From NCBI GenBank assembly GCA_050732875.1, contig JBOHRQ010000005.1:4173-68172 (forward strand): a stretch of DNA of 64,000 bases, written 5' to 3'. Origin of the DNA: Gemmatimonadota bacterium (GTDB lineage: Bacteria > Gemmatimonadota > Gemmatimonadetes > JACCXV01 > JAHWKZ01). Position numbers and translations under genes: made by a program. How positions within the stretch are numbered: position 1 is the stretch's first letter; every line of letters starts with the position of its first letter. Shown piece by piece: positions 36,881 through 46,675 of this stretch. Under the pieces are notes generated by a model. That model was not told the DNA's origin. It worked only from the letters and a program-made list of their open reading frames with translations, and ran no database searches.

Positions 36881-39800
36881 TCAGTGTGGCGATCCGCCGG
36901 CCGGTGGCGACGGTCATGGTATTCGGCTGCCTGACCGCGCTCGGGGTCGCGAGCGCCGGCCGGATGCCGCTCGAGCTCCTCCCCGACGTGGAGTTCCCTC
37001 GGCTCGAGGTCCAGACCTTCTGGCCGGGAGCCTCGCCCGAGCAGGTCGAGGCGTTCTTAACCTCGCCGATCGAGGCCGCGGCGCAGGAAGTCCACGGTGT
37101 CCGCTCGGTGAGCTCGACCTCGTACCCTCAACGCTCGGCGGTGACGGTCGAGTTCGCTTCCGGGACCGACATGGAGTTCGCCCGCCTCGAGCTCGGCGAG
37201 CGGCTGGCCGCGCTGGGCCCCGAGCTTCCCGCGGGAGCCTTCACGCCTGAGGTTCAACCATGGGTCCCCGACGAGTTCGCGGAGGGAAGCCAGGCGCTGC
37301 TTATCTACACGCTGGCCGCTCCGGGTGTCCTCGGGGCACTGCGTGAGTTCGCCGAGGATGAGATGGCCCCGGAGCTGGCCGCGGTGCCCGGGGTGGGCGC
37401 CGTGCGGGTGGCGGGTGGGGCTGACCGCGAGCTCCAGGTGCGGCTCGATCCCGCGCAGACCGCCGCTTTCGGCCTGACTCCGGACGATGTCCGACAAGCG
37501 CTCGCCGGGCTCAACGTCACCGGGACGGGCGGCGCCCTCCGCCGCAACGGCCTCGAGTATACGATCGCGATCGAGGACCGAGCGCAGGGGGTTCCCGACG
37601 TGGAATCGCTGGTCCTCGAGCCCGCGACTCCGAGGCGGCCAGCGGTCCGTCTCGGCGAGGTGGCGAGCGTCGCCCTCACGTATGCCGATCCGCCCGGCCT
37701 TCACCGCGTGGATGGGGTTCCCGCGGTCTCGATCTACCTGTTCCGCCAGCCGGGGTCCAACGCGATCGGGGTGGCGGACCGGGTCCGCGAGCGCCTGGAG
37801 GAGCTGAGCGGAACGCTCCCCGCCGGCTACCGGGTGATCGAGGACTATGACGGCAGCGAGAAGATCCGCGAGCAACTCTCCGATCTCGGCAATCGCGCGC
37901 TCCTGTCGGCCGCGCTCGTGCTGCTGGTCCTTCTGATCGCCTTCCGGCGCTGGCGACCGGCCTTCCTCCTCTTTGGGACGATCGCGGCGAGCGTCCTGGT
38001 GACGCTGAACCTCATGGCGCTGGGCGGGCTTTCGCTCAACCTGCTCACCTTGGCGGGACTCGCGATGGGGATCGGGCTCATCGACGACAACGGGATAGTC
38101 GTCCTGGAGTCGATCGAGGCGCGGCGTGACGCCCACGTCGGCACGCGCCAGGTGGTCCAGCCGATCCTGGCCGCCACGCTGACCAACGTCATCGTCTTCG
38201 TCCCCTTCCTCTATCTCCAAGGGGAGCTGCGAGCCTACTACGTGCCGTTCGCGGTGACCGTCGGGCTGGCGCTCCTGGTGAGCCTGGCCGCCGGGTTCAC
38301 GCTGATCCCGGCTCTTCACGCGCGTCTGCGGCGGCCCGCGCCCGCATCCGCCCAGCCCGGAGCAGAACCTCTCGAGGCGGCGACACGTGCGGCCCGCCTC
38401 GGAGCCCTGCGCGCGCGGGACCTCTATCGCGACGCCGTGACGTGGACGGTCCGCCATCCCTGGCCCACCGTCGGGGCGGCGTTCCTCTTCCTGGCGGGAA
38501 GCGTCTGGCTCTTCGTCGAGAAGGTCCCGCGCGGTCGCACCTGGGCCGGCTGGGGTGAGGAAACTTACCTGAGCGTCCAGATCACGATGCCGCGCGGGGC
38601 CGAACTCGATCGGACCGACGAGATCGCGCGCCGGGTGGAGGCGCGGCTCGTGGAGATTCCCGAGGTGGATCGGTTTGTGACGAGGGTCCGTCCGGAGCAC
38701 GCCTCGATCCGTGTCACGTTCCCCGAATCGCTCAAGACCACGTGGGCCCCGCTCGCGGTCAAGGAGCGGCTGGTCGCATACTCCCACACCTTCGGCGGCG
38801 CCGAAGTCCGGGTCTGGGGATTCGGGCCCAGCTTCTACGGTGCCGGGGGCGGACCTCCGAGCTACAGCCTGGAGCTCAAGGGCTACGACTACAAGGAGCT
38901 GGAGCGCATGGCGGTCGACCTGGCGGCGCGGCTCGAGCGTTTCCCACGGATCCGCGACGTCGATGCCGACGCGGCCGGTCACTGGTTCGAGCGCGACAAG
39001 CAGACCGAGCTCGTCCTGGGGCCTGACCGTGATCGCCTGGCGGCCTACGGGCTGACGGCGGACGGGCTCCTCGGGCGCATCTCCGCGTACACGCGCGGGC
39101 AGCTCACCCGCGACGTGGCTACCGTGGCCGGCGAAGAGGTCGACCTCTCGCTCAAGATCGAGGGCGCCGAGCAGTCGGACGTCGGAAGTCTCATGGATCT
39201 CATCGTCACGACCGACAAGGGCGCTCCCGTGCGGGTGGCCGACGTGGCGACGATCGACGAACGGCGGACGCTGGGCCGGATCGTCCGCGAGGACCAGCAG
39301 TACCAGCGGATCGTCGCCTACGAGTTCAGGGGGCCGCGGAAGCTCGGCGACCTCGTGCGTGACGCGGTCGTCCAGGCGACCGTCCTGCCCGCCGGCTACG
39401 CGCTCGATCCAGAGCGCTCATTCTGGGAGTACGAGGAAGGGGAGCGTGCGGAGCTGGCGCTGGTCGTGGCGCTCGCGCTCCTCCTCGTCTATTTGGTGAC
39501 GGCGGCCCTCTTCGAGTCGCTCAAGGCGCCGCTCGTCGTCCTGGCGGCCGTGCCGCTCGCCCTGATCGGCGTCTTCCTCCTCTACTTTTATCTGGGTGAG
39601 ACGTTCACCCGCGAGGCCTGGATCGGGGTGATCATGATGTCCGGCATCGTTGTCAACAACGCGATCCTCGTGGTCGACCGGATCGGCGCGCTCCGCCGGG
39701 GCGCGGACGGGCCGGCCCTGCCGCTGGAGGCGGCGGCCGTGCGCGGCACGCTCGATCGTGTGCGGCCGATCCTCATGACGACCGGGACGACGGTGCTGGG

Positions 39801-39993
39801 ACTCCTGCCGCTGGTGCTGTTCACCGAGCCCGGAACCGAGAGCCTGTGGCGGGCGCTCGCCCTGGCCACGATGGGCGGGCTCGTGGCCTCTACGCTCCTC
39901 GTTCTGCTGACGATCCCGGCCCTGTACGTGGTGGTGCAGCCCGGGCTTGCGGGGCCCATGTGCTTCCAGCCGCACCAGCCTACAAGCGGCTAA
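36862..39993 (+). CDS. RND efflux permease 2
   Basis: 1043 aa. IRRPVATVMVFGCLTALGV start. ...GIVVNNAILVVD... block. 19-nt overlap with permease 1. Confidence 0.9.
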   Translation: MGRPVVISVAIRRPVATVMVFGCLTALGVASAGRMPLELLPDVEFPRLEVQTFWPGASPEQVEAFLTSPIEAAAQEVHGVRSVSSTSYPQRSAVTVEFASGTDMEFARLELGERLAALGPELPAGAFTPEVQPWVPDEFAEGSQALLIYTLAAPGVLGALREFAEDEMAPELAAVPGVGAVRVAGGADRELQVRLDPAQTAAFGLTPDDVRQALAGLNVTGTGGALRRNGLEYTIAIEDRAQGVPDVESLVLEPATPRRPAVRLGEVASVALTYADPPGLHRVDGVPAVSIYLFRQPGSNAIGVADRVRERLEELSGTLPAGYRVIEDYDGSEKIREQLSDLGNRALLSAALVLLVLLIAFRRWRPAFLLFGTIAASVLVTLNLMALGGLSLNLLTLAGLAMGIGLIDDNGIVVLESIEARRDAHVGTRQVVQPILAATLTNVIVFVPFLYLQGELRAYYVPFAVTVGLALLVSLAAGFTLIPALHARLRRPAPASAQPGAEPLEAATRAARLGALRARDLYRDAVTWTVRHPWPTVGAAFLFLAGSVWLFVEKVPRGRTWAGWGEETYLSVQITMPRGAELDRTDEIARRVEARLVEIPEVDRFVTRVRPEHASIRVTFPESLKTTWAPLAVKERLVAYSHTFGGAEVRVWGFGPSFYGAGGGPPSYSLELKGYDYKELERMAVDLAARLERFPRIRDVDADAAGHWFERDKQTELVLGPDRDRLAAYGLTADGLLGRISAYTRGQLTRDVATVAGEEVDLSLKIEGAEQSDVGSLMDLIVTTDKGAPVRVADVATIDERRTLGRIVREDQQYQRIVAYEFRGPRKLGDLVRDAVVQATVLPAGYALDPERSFWEYEEGERAELALVVALALLLVYLVTAALFESLKAPLVVLAAVPLALIGVFLLYFYLGETFTREAWIGVIMMSGIVVNNAILVVDRIGALRRGADGPALPLEAAAVRGTLDRVRPILMTTGTTVLGLLPLVLFTEPGTESLWRALALATMGGLVASTLLVLLTIPALYVVVQPGLAGPMCFQPHQPTSG

Positions 39994-42340
39994 ACACCCA
40001 TCCCGCCAGGAGATAGAGCGCCGCGGCGAGGAGCAGAACCCCGCGGAAGCCGATCGCCAGTGCCACCAGAGGCGCGGCCGCGGCGCCGATCACCGACAGG
40101 AAGCCGTTCACGCCCCAGCACCAGGGGATCAAATCCGGGCGCCCATCCGCGACTCGCTGAAGGCCGAGAGGAAACGGCATCCCCATGCAGAGGGCGAGCG
40201 GCGCCAGGAGCCCGATCGCCAGCGCCATCCGCGTCGACAAGGGTACCGCGGCGAACATCTCCCAGAGCGCCTGTCCTCCCAGATAGGTGAGCGGCGCGAG
40301 GACGGCGATCGCGAGGAAAGGGAGCCAGGGGGATCGAAGCCGGTCGGGCGTGACGAGGCGGCGCGCTGACAGGCTGCCAAGACCGGCGAAGACGAGGAAG
40401 GCAGCCAGCACGATGGCGGCCGCGTAGACCGGATCGCCCAGAAACAGCACCAGGCGCTGGATCGACGAGACCTCGAGCAGCATGAAGGCGAGACCGAGAA
40501 GGGCGAAGTAGAGGAACGGGGGCCCGCGGCCGTTGCCCAGTGACCGCGTCCTGGCATTCCGCGTCACGACGGCGCGGCCCGCTCGTGGCAGGAAAACGAG
40601 CGGCAGCAGGATCAAAAGCGCCGCGATCGGGATCGCCTGAACGAGGACCAGAACCTGCGCCACAAGCCCCCATTCGAAGTAGGGAAGCGCGAGCCGGCCC
40701 CCCGTCCGCCACAGCTCGAGCAGCCGGTCGAGCGGCAGGAAGTGGAAATAGAAGGGCGCCTCGTCGGTCACGGGATCGACCTCGAAGGGATAGCGCCCGA
40801 GGAAGTCCTCGGGCCTCGGGCCTAGGAGTCCCTCGGCGGCCGCCCAGTACCAGTCGGGCTCCAGGATGTTGTAGCGGTTGGCGGCCACCTCTGGGACCCC
40901 AGGCGCCCAGGCGATGTCGAAGAAGCGCGCCTCGGCCCAGGCGCGAAGCCGGGCGACCTCCCCGGGAGCGAATGGTCGCCGGCTCACGAGGAGGGTCACC
41001 GTTCCCCAGCTTCTGAGCAGCGCGATTCGCGGACCGGCCGCGACCCCTTCGGCGTCGAGGACATCTCGGATGGTGGCCAGGAGGCGCGGAATCTCCCGCG
41101 GCGGCTGGATGGCCCAGCGCGTGATCGCCAGGATGCCGTCGGGATCGAGGGCTTCCCACATATCCGCCATCCCCTGGACGGTGAGCAGGTAGGAGGCACC
41201 AGCTGCGCCCATGCCCCCGGCCGCTCCGTGGAGCGAGCCGATCTCGGCGACCACGATCCGGCCGTAGCGCCGATCCGTCGCGTGCAGAAACGCCCGCGCG
41301 CCCATTGCGACCCGGCGGACGTCCGGCCCGAGCGTCTCTGGCGCCAGCAGCGGATCGACCCGCCGATCGGGATCCACAACCGTGATCGAATCGGCGCCGG
41401 AGGCTCGCGCCAGATAGATTGCGGAGCCGCCACCCAGGCCGAGGACCAGGATCTCGGACGCGGGCTCGCCCACGATCGCGAAGGCGGACGCTCCCGTGGT
41501 CTGGCGCAGGAGCGCCGTGTCCGCGGCCAGCGCGCGCGGTCCGAGCGGCTCCCCGTTCAGGTAGAGGACCGGCCGTGGCGGCACGGGGCGATCCAGGGCG
41601 AGGCTCGTTCCGGGGAGATAGCGCAGCGCCGGCGCGGCCACGACGTCCAGGCGCCCCAGCGGCCCATCGCGGCGCGCGGTCACCCGGGCCTCTGGGAGCT
41701 CGAGCGCGAGGCTCTCCTCCTTGTACGGAGACATCGGGACCGGTGGTGGCGGCAGGAACGCCAACGCCCCTGCGATGGCCGCGGGCACCAGGACCCAGCG
41801 GGCGAAACCCGACCCGTGCCAGACGAGGAGCGGCAGCAGGCCGATACCGGCGACGATCCCGACCGCCGTCGGGAGCCGCGCGGCGGGCAGCCACGCGACG
41901 AGCGCCAGCCCGAGCAGGCTGCCGATCCCCGAGCCGGCCAGGTTGGCGGCGTAGACGCGTCCGATCCGTTCCGGGGCGATCAGGAAAGCCAGCGCGACCG
42001 CCGCTCCGGCCAGGAAGAACGGGGTCCCCAGCACGATCCAGGTCACGCCCAGGTAGAGGAACTGCCGCGGCACGGCGATCAGCTCGAAGGCGTCGAACGG
42101 AATCATCGCGGCGAGGCGGTAGGCCGGATCGAACGTCAGCGCGGCCAGCGCAACGGCGATCACGAAGGCGGGGCGCTCCCTGCCCGCCAGGCCGCCTCCC
42201 CTGCGGCGAGCCACGGCCAGCGCGCTGCCGCTGGCCCCGAAGCCGAGCAGGGCGAGCCCGATCACGAGCGCGGCGAAGTGGCTCCAGTGGATGATGGAGA
42301 AGAGATGGACGAGCGCGACTTCATAGGCGAGGACGGCCAC
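39980..42340 (-). CDS. polytopic membrane protein fused to a spermidine-synthase-like (class I MTase fold) domain
   Basis: 786 aa. N- and C-terminal TM bundles flank ILVLGLGGGSAIYLARASGADSITVVDPD. GTG start is uncertain (frame open upstream). Confidence 0.65.
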   Translation of the reverse strand: MAVLAYEVALVHLFSIIHWSHFAALVIGLALLGFGASGSALAVARRRGGGLAGRERPAFVIAVALAALTFDPAYRLAAMIPFDAFELIAVPRQFLYLGVTWIVLGTPFFLAGAAVALAFLIAPERIGRVYAANLAGSGIGSLLGLALVAWLPAARLPTAVGIVAGIGLLPLLVWHGSGFARWVLVPAAIAGALAFLPPPPVPMSPYKEESLALELPEARVTARRDGPLGRLDVVAAPALRYLPGTSLALDRPVPPRPVLYLNGEPLGPRALAADTALLRQTTGASAFAIVGEPASEILVLGLGGGSAIYLARASGADSITVVDPDRRVDPLLAPETLGPDVRRVAMGARAFLHATDRRYGRIVVAEIGSLHGAAGGMGAAGASYLLTVQGMADMWEALDPDGILAITRWAIQPPREIPRLLATIRDVLDAEGVAAGPRIALLRSWGTVTLLVSRRPFAPGEVARLRAWAEARFFDIAWAPGVPEVAANRYNILEPDWYWAAAEGLLGPRPEDFLGRYPFEVDPVTDEAPFYFHFLPLDRLLELWRTGGRLALPYFEWGLVAQVLVLVQAIPIAALLILLPLVFLPRAGRAVVTRNARTRSLGNGRGPPFLYFALLGLAFMLLEVSSIQRLVLFLGDPVYAAAIVLAAFLVFAGLGSLSARRLVTPDRLRSPWLPFLAIAVLAPLTYLGGQALWEMFAAVPLSTRMALAIGLLAPLALCMGMPFPLGLQRVADGRPDLIPWCWGVNGFLSVIGAAAAPLVALAIGFRGVLLLAAALYLLAGWVFSRL

Positions 42341-42405
42341 CGAGAGAAGAGCGAGCGAGGCGAGCAGCGCCGCGTGGGACGACGCCCGCTGTGGGCTCGC
42401 TGGGT

Positions 42406-43155
42406 TCAGTGCTCGCCCGTCAACGGAACGAACTGGACCGGCAACACGCTGCGGGTCGTGATCGATCCGTCAGCCGCCTTCTCCACCAGCACCAGGTTCT
42501 GGACCTGGAAGGGACCGCCCACGGGGATCGCCATCCGGCCGCCCGGCACGAGCTGCTGGACCAGCGGCGGCGGGATGTGCCCGGCGGCGGCGGTCACGAA
42601 GATCGCGTCGAAGGGGGCGTGCTCCTCCCAGCCGTAGTACCCGTCGGCGCTGCGCACTTCGACATCGCGGTAACCCTGTTCCTCGAGCCGCTCGGTCGCG
42701 CTCGCGGCCAGGTCGGGGACGATCTCGATCGTGAAGACCGAGTCCACCAGCATGCTCGCCACGGCCGCTTGATAGCCGGAACCGGTCCCCACCTCGAGCA
42801 CCTTGTCACCGGCCTCGAGCTCGAGCATCCCGGTCATGAACGCCACGATGTACGGCTGGCTGATCGTCTGGCCGTGGCCGATGGGGAGAGGGTAGTCTCC
42901 GTATGCCCGGTCGCGGTGGGTCTCGGGGACGAAACGGTGGCGGGGAACGGCCAGCATGGCGCCCAGGACCCCCTGGTCCTCGATCCCACGCTCGGCGATC
43001 TGCCGGCGCACCATCTCTGCGCGCTCTTCGGCCCGCTCGGAGGGAGCCGCCTGCGCGTACAGGGCTCCCGACGAAGCCGCGACGAGCGCGGCAAAGCCCG
43101 CTGCTCGGAAGGCGGCCAGGCTGGCCGCGCGGACGGCGGCGGCTGAAAGATTCAT
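42406..43155 (-). CDS. pcm: protein-L-isoaspartate O-methyltransferase with an N-terminal signal peptide
   Basis: 249 aa from ATG 43153-43155. ...GQTISQPYIVAFM...VLEVGTGSGYQAAV...GGRMAIPVG. N-terminal AAFRAAGFAALVAASSGALYAQA. Confidence 0.9.
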   Translation of the reverse strand: MNLSAAAVRAASLAAFRAAGFAALVAASSGALYAQAAPSERAEERAEMVRRQIAERGIEDQGVLGAMLAVPRHRFVPETHRDRAYGDYPLPIGHGQTISQPYIVAFMTGMLELEAGDKVLEVGTGSGYQAAVASMLVDSVFTIEIVPDLAASATERLEEQGYRDVEVRSADGYYGWEEHAPFDAIFVTAAAGHIPPPLVQQLVPGGRMAIPVGGPFQVQNLVLVEKAADGSITTRSVLPVQFVPLTGEH

Positions 43156-43224
43156 CGCCAGCTTCGCATACCCCGGGAACCCGAGAGAGGGTTCCGTGCC
43201 GCTTGCGCGCCACGACCGCCCCGC

Positions 43225-43230
43225 TAGACT
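43225..43230 (+). promoter_or_regulatory. -10-like TAGACT 8 nt upstream of ATG 43239 (leaderless-type promoter candidate)
   Basis: ccgcTAGACTcgcgtcggATG read directly. Confidence 0.4.
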
Positions 43231-43238
43231 CGCGTCGG

Positions 43239-44234
43239 ATGCGCATCGGTTCCTCGCTTGACGCCCGGGTCGTCTACTCGCCCGCCTACGAGGCCGACAT
43301 CGGCCCCCACGTCTTCCCCACCGAAAAGTATCGCGGCGTGCTCGAGCGCCTCCGGGCCGAGGGCCTTGGCGAGGTGCTGGAGCCCGAGCGGTCGTCCAGG
43401 GAGGAGCTTCAGAGGGTCCACGGGGCCGAGTACCTGGACGACCTCGAGGCCCTGCGCTGGACCCCTCGCACGTGGCGCAGCGAGCTCCCGATATCGGCGG
43501 AGATCGTGCGCTGGTTCGAGCTCTCCTGCGGCGGGACGACGCTCGCCGCGCGGCGCGCCCTGGAGGCCGGCTGGGCGGCTCACCTGGGGGGCGGGTTCCA
43601 CCACGCCTTCGCCGGTCACGCGGAGGGCTTCTGCTACCTGAACGACCTGGCGGTCGCGGCACGCACGCTGCTGGCCCAAGGCGCGGTCGACAGGGTGGCG
43701 GTGATCGACGTGGACGTCCATCAGGGGAACGGCACCGCCGCGATCTTCGCGGATGATCCCGCGGTCTTCACGTTCTCGATCCATCAGGAGGACAACTACC
43801 CGGTCAAGGAGCATAGCGACCTCGACATCGGGCTCCTCTCGTACGATCGGAGCCGGCCCGGATCTCCGTACGTCACCGACGGACTCTACCTGGGCCTGCT
43901 CGAGCCGGCCGTCCTGGGGATCCTGGACGATTTCGGCCCCGATCTCGTCCTCTACCAGGCGGGCGCCGATCCCTACGAGCGGGACCGCCTGGGCGGCTTC
44001 CGGCTGACCCAATCGGGTCTCGCCCGGCGGGACGAGATCGTCCTCGACGGCTGTCACGCGCGCGGGATCCCGGTAGCGACGACCTATGGTGGCGGCTACG
44101 CCGAGGACCTGGCCGACACGGTCGCGATCCACACGGAGACTGTGCGGACGGCGGCGCGGATCTGGTCGTCGGTCGCCGCCGGATCGGGAAGCCGCGCAAG
44201 CCGCGGAATCGACGCGGAGGAAGACGGCGAATGA
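43239..44234 (+). CDS. histone-deacetylase-family (acetoin utilisation / acetylpolyamine amidohydrolase-like) enzyme
   Basis: 331 aa. GGGFHHAFAGHAEGFCYLND, DVDVHQGNGT, YQAGADPY motifs. Confidence 0.88.
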   Translation: MRIGSSLDARVVYSPAYEADIGPHVFPTEKYRGVLERLRAEGLGEVLEPERSSREELQRVHGAEYLDDLEALRWTPRTWRSELPISAEIVRWFELSCGGTTLAARRALEAGWAAHLGGGFHHAFAGHAEGFCYLNDLAVAARTLLAQGAVDRVAVIDVDVHQGNGTAAIFADDPAVFTFSIHQEDNYPVKEHSDLDIGLLSYDRSRPGSPYVTDGLYLGLLEPAVLGILDDFGPDLVLYQAGADPYERDRLGGFRLTQSGLARRDEIVLDGCHARGIPVATTYGGGYAEDLADTVAIHTETVRTAARIWSSVAAGSGSRASRGIDAEEDGE

Positions 44235-45535
44235 GCGACGTCGAGTGGGACCCCACGTCGGAGACCCCTCTCGAGTCACCGCTCCTGACTCCACCCACCG
44301 AGGCCAAGCCGCCGCCGGTGGAGCCAGTGCCGGGTGGTCCCTTCGTGGCTTTTCATCACCCCGCCTTCCGGCTCTTCTGGTCGGGGGCCCTGGTCTCGAA
44401 CATCGGCTCGTGGATGCAGAACGTGGCCCAGGGGTGGCTCGTGCTCGAGCTCACCGACTCGGCGTTCATGCTGGGGCTGGTCGGCTTCGCGGGCACGATC
44501 CCGATGCTGTTCTTTCTCCTCGTGGGCGGGGTCTACGCGGACCGGCTGGACCGGCGGCGATTGCTGGTGGTCGCGATGTCCGCCATGCTGGTGTGCGCGA
44601 CCGCGCTCGCGGTCCTGACCTATCTCGGGATCGTGGTGGTGTGGCACGTGTTCCTGTTGTCGCTCCTGTCGGGGACGGCGCTGGCGATGGCGGCGCCCGC
44701 ATATCTCGCGTTCGTCCACGACCTGGTGGGGCGCCGCGACCTGCAGAACGCGATCGCGCTGAACTCTGCGCAGTTCAATCTTTCGCGCGTGGTCGGACCG
44801 AGCCTGGCGGGCATCGTGATCGGGCCGATCGGCCTGGCCGGCTGCTTCGGGCTGAACGCCATGAGCTATCTGGCGGCGATCGGCTCGCTGCTCCTGATCC
44901 AGGTGACGACCCGGCGGCGGGAGACCCCGCCCCCCCTCTGGCAGAGCCTGGTGGAAGGCTTCAGCTACGTGCGTCAGCGTCCACGCGTCCAGTCGCTCCT
45001 CATCCTGACCGCGTTGCTCAGCGTTTTGGCGATGCCGTACGCGACGCTCCTGCCGATCATCGCCCGCGATGTCCTCGATCTCGACGCTTCGGGCCTCGGC
45101 TACCTGTTCGCGGTGGGCGGGGTCGGAGCGGTGATCGGCGCGATGTCGCTCGCCTTCCGGGGGCTATTCCGGCGCCGCGGCGTGTATCTCCTGGGGTGCG
45201 TGATCGCGGCCGGCCTGGCTACGATGACCCTGGGCCTGGCGCGGTCGCTGCCCGTGGCGGTGCCGGCCCTGGTCGTCCTCTCGTTTGCCGCGACCAGCTC
45301 GATCGCGCTCATGAACACGCTCCTCCAGGAGCTCGCCGAGGATCGGATGCGGGGCCGCGTGCTCGGGATGTACGGCCTCGCCTTCATGGGCACCTTCCCG
45401 ATCGGAAATCTCCTGTCCGGGACCCTCGCCGAGCTCACTTCCGCCTCGACGACCCTGGCCTTGACCGGCGCGGTGCTCGCCACCGCCGGGATCGCCATCG
45501 CCGCCACCCGACCGAGGCTCCGGGCGCTGGAGTAG
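44231..45535 (+). CDS. MFS transporter (EntS/MFS_3-like)
   Basis: 434 aa, 12 TM. FRLFWSGALVSNIGSWMQNVAQGWLV typical start. ATGA overlap with the HDAC gene. Confidence 0.85.
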   Translation: MSDVEWDPTSETPLESPLLTPPTEAKPPPVEPVPGGPFVAFHHPAFRLFWSGALVSNIGSWMQNVAQGWLVLELTDSAFMLGLVGFAGTIPMLFFLLVGGVYADRLDRRRLLVVAMSAMLVCATALAVLTYLGIVVVWHVFLLSLLSGTALAMAAPAYLAFVHDLVGRRDLQNAIALNSAQFNLSRVVGPSLAGIVIGPIGLAGCFGLNAMSYLAAIGSLLLIQVTTRRRETPPPLWQSLVEGFSYVRQRPRVQSLLILTALLSVLAMPYATLLPIIARDVLDLDASGLGYLFAVGGVGAVIGAMSLAFRGLFRRRGVYLLGCVIAAGLATMTLGLARSLPVAVPALVVLSFAATSSIALMNTLLQELAEDRMRGRVLGMYGLAFMGTFPIGNLLSGTLAELTSASTTLALTGAVLATAGIAIAATRPRLRALE

Positions 45536-46467
45536 TGAGCCGGCCCGCCATCTGGGGACTGGTCGCCCTGCTTTGCTTCATCTGGGGTTCGACCTGGCTG
45601 GCGATCAAGATCGGGCTGGGCGACCTCCCTCCGCTCCTGGCCGCCGGCGTGCGGTTCGTGATCGCGGCGGTGATCCTGGCCGGGCTGGCGATGGTCCGAC
45701 GCGTCCCGTTCCCCCGCTCCGGTCGCGCGCAGGTGCTTCTCCTGGGAGTGGGGCTCTCGTCCTTCGGGCTCTCGTACGGGATCGTCTACTGGGCCGAGCA
45801 GTTCATTCCCTCGGGGCTGACCGCGGTCCTCTTCGCGACCCTCCCCTTCTTCACCCTCCTGATCGCCCACATCGCGCTCCCGGCTGAGCGCATGACGGTC
45901 CGCCGCATCGCGGGCGTCATGATCGGGTTTCTCGGAGTGCTGCTCGTCTTTCGCGGCGATCTGTCGGTCGAGCATCCGCGCGGCGCCGTGGCGGCCCTTG
46001 TCCTGCTCCTGAGCCCGCTCGCCTCGGCGGCGGCCAACGTGGGGGTCAAGCGATGGGGGATGGATCTCCACCCCTACCAGCTCTCGATCCTGCCGATGAT
46101 CTATGGAGCCCTCGCGCTTCTCGGGACGTCGCTCATCGTGGAGGACGTCTCGGCCGCCGAGTGGACGCCGGTGGCGATCGGCTCCGTCATCTACCTGGCG
46201 CTCTTCGGCTCGGCGTTCGCGTTCGTCGGCTACTATACGCTGCTGCGCCAGGTGCCGGTCACGACCCTGAATCTCATCTCCTATGTCTTCCCGATCGTGG
46301 CGGTGGTGCTGGGCTTTCTCGTCCTGGATGAGGCGCTCGATTCCCTCACGCTGGCGGGCGCGGCGCTCGTCCTGGCGGGGATCGCGGTGGCGACCTGGCG
46401 GAGGCGTCGCCCCGGCCCACCGCCGTGTCCGGAGCCTTCTGGCGGTGCCGTCGATCGCGGAGATTGA
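45535..46467 (+). CDS. EamA/DMT-family transporter
   Basis: 310 aa from GTG 45535 (overlaps the MFS stop). ALLCFIWGSTWLAIKIGL... and a second EamA repeat. Confidence 0.85.
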   Translation: MSRPAIWGLVALLCFIWGSTWLAIKIGLGDLPPLLAAGVRFVIAAVILAGLAMVRRVPFPRSGRAQVLLLGVGLSSFGLSYGIVYWAEQFIPSGLTAVLFATLPFFTLLIAHIALPAERMTVRRIAGVMIGFLGVLLVFRGDLSVEHPRGAVAALVLLLSPLASAAANVGVKRWGMDLHPYQLSILPMIYGALALLGTSLIVEDVSAAEWTPVAIGSVIYLALFGSAFAFVGYYTLLRQVPVTTLNLISYVFPIVAVVLGFLVLDEALDSLTLAGAALVLAGIAVATWRRRRPGPPPCPEPSGGAVDRGD

Positions 46468-46474
46468 AGACGAG

Positions 46475-46675
46475 CTACTCCTCCAGCCACCCGGCCGGGT
46501 CGTCCTCCTCCCAGCGCACCCACTCGAACACGGTTCGGCAGCCCTTGCAGTAGAACTGGCGGGTCATGAGCGAGGAGCCGAAGGGGGCTTCCAGATCGAC
46601 GTCGGTCGACCCGCAGTGGGGGCAGGCGGGCTGGGCCCCGATGGGCCCCGGCTCAGGCGGTCTTGAAGGCGACAT
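46475..46675 (-). CDS. paaD: stand-alone zinc-ribbon protein corresponding to the C-terminal part of PaaD
   Basis: 66 aa from ATG 46673-46675 (23-nt overlap with the paaC end). CPHCGSTDVDLEAPFGSSLMTRQFYCKGCRTVFEWV matches the PaaD tail pattern CPxCGS....FGS......C..C...F. Confidence 0.6.
   Translation of the reverse strand: MSPSRPPEPGPIGAQPACPHCGSTDVDLEAPFGSSLMTRQFYCKGCRTVFEWVRWEEDDPAGWLEE

Noticed and set aside
44086-45534. N-terminal 483 codons of the 793-aa track ORF 44086..46467
   Set aside because: It overlaps the HDAC and MFS genes in another frame and is low-complexity Arg/Gly/Pro text. Only the EamA transporter part from GTG 45535 is kept.
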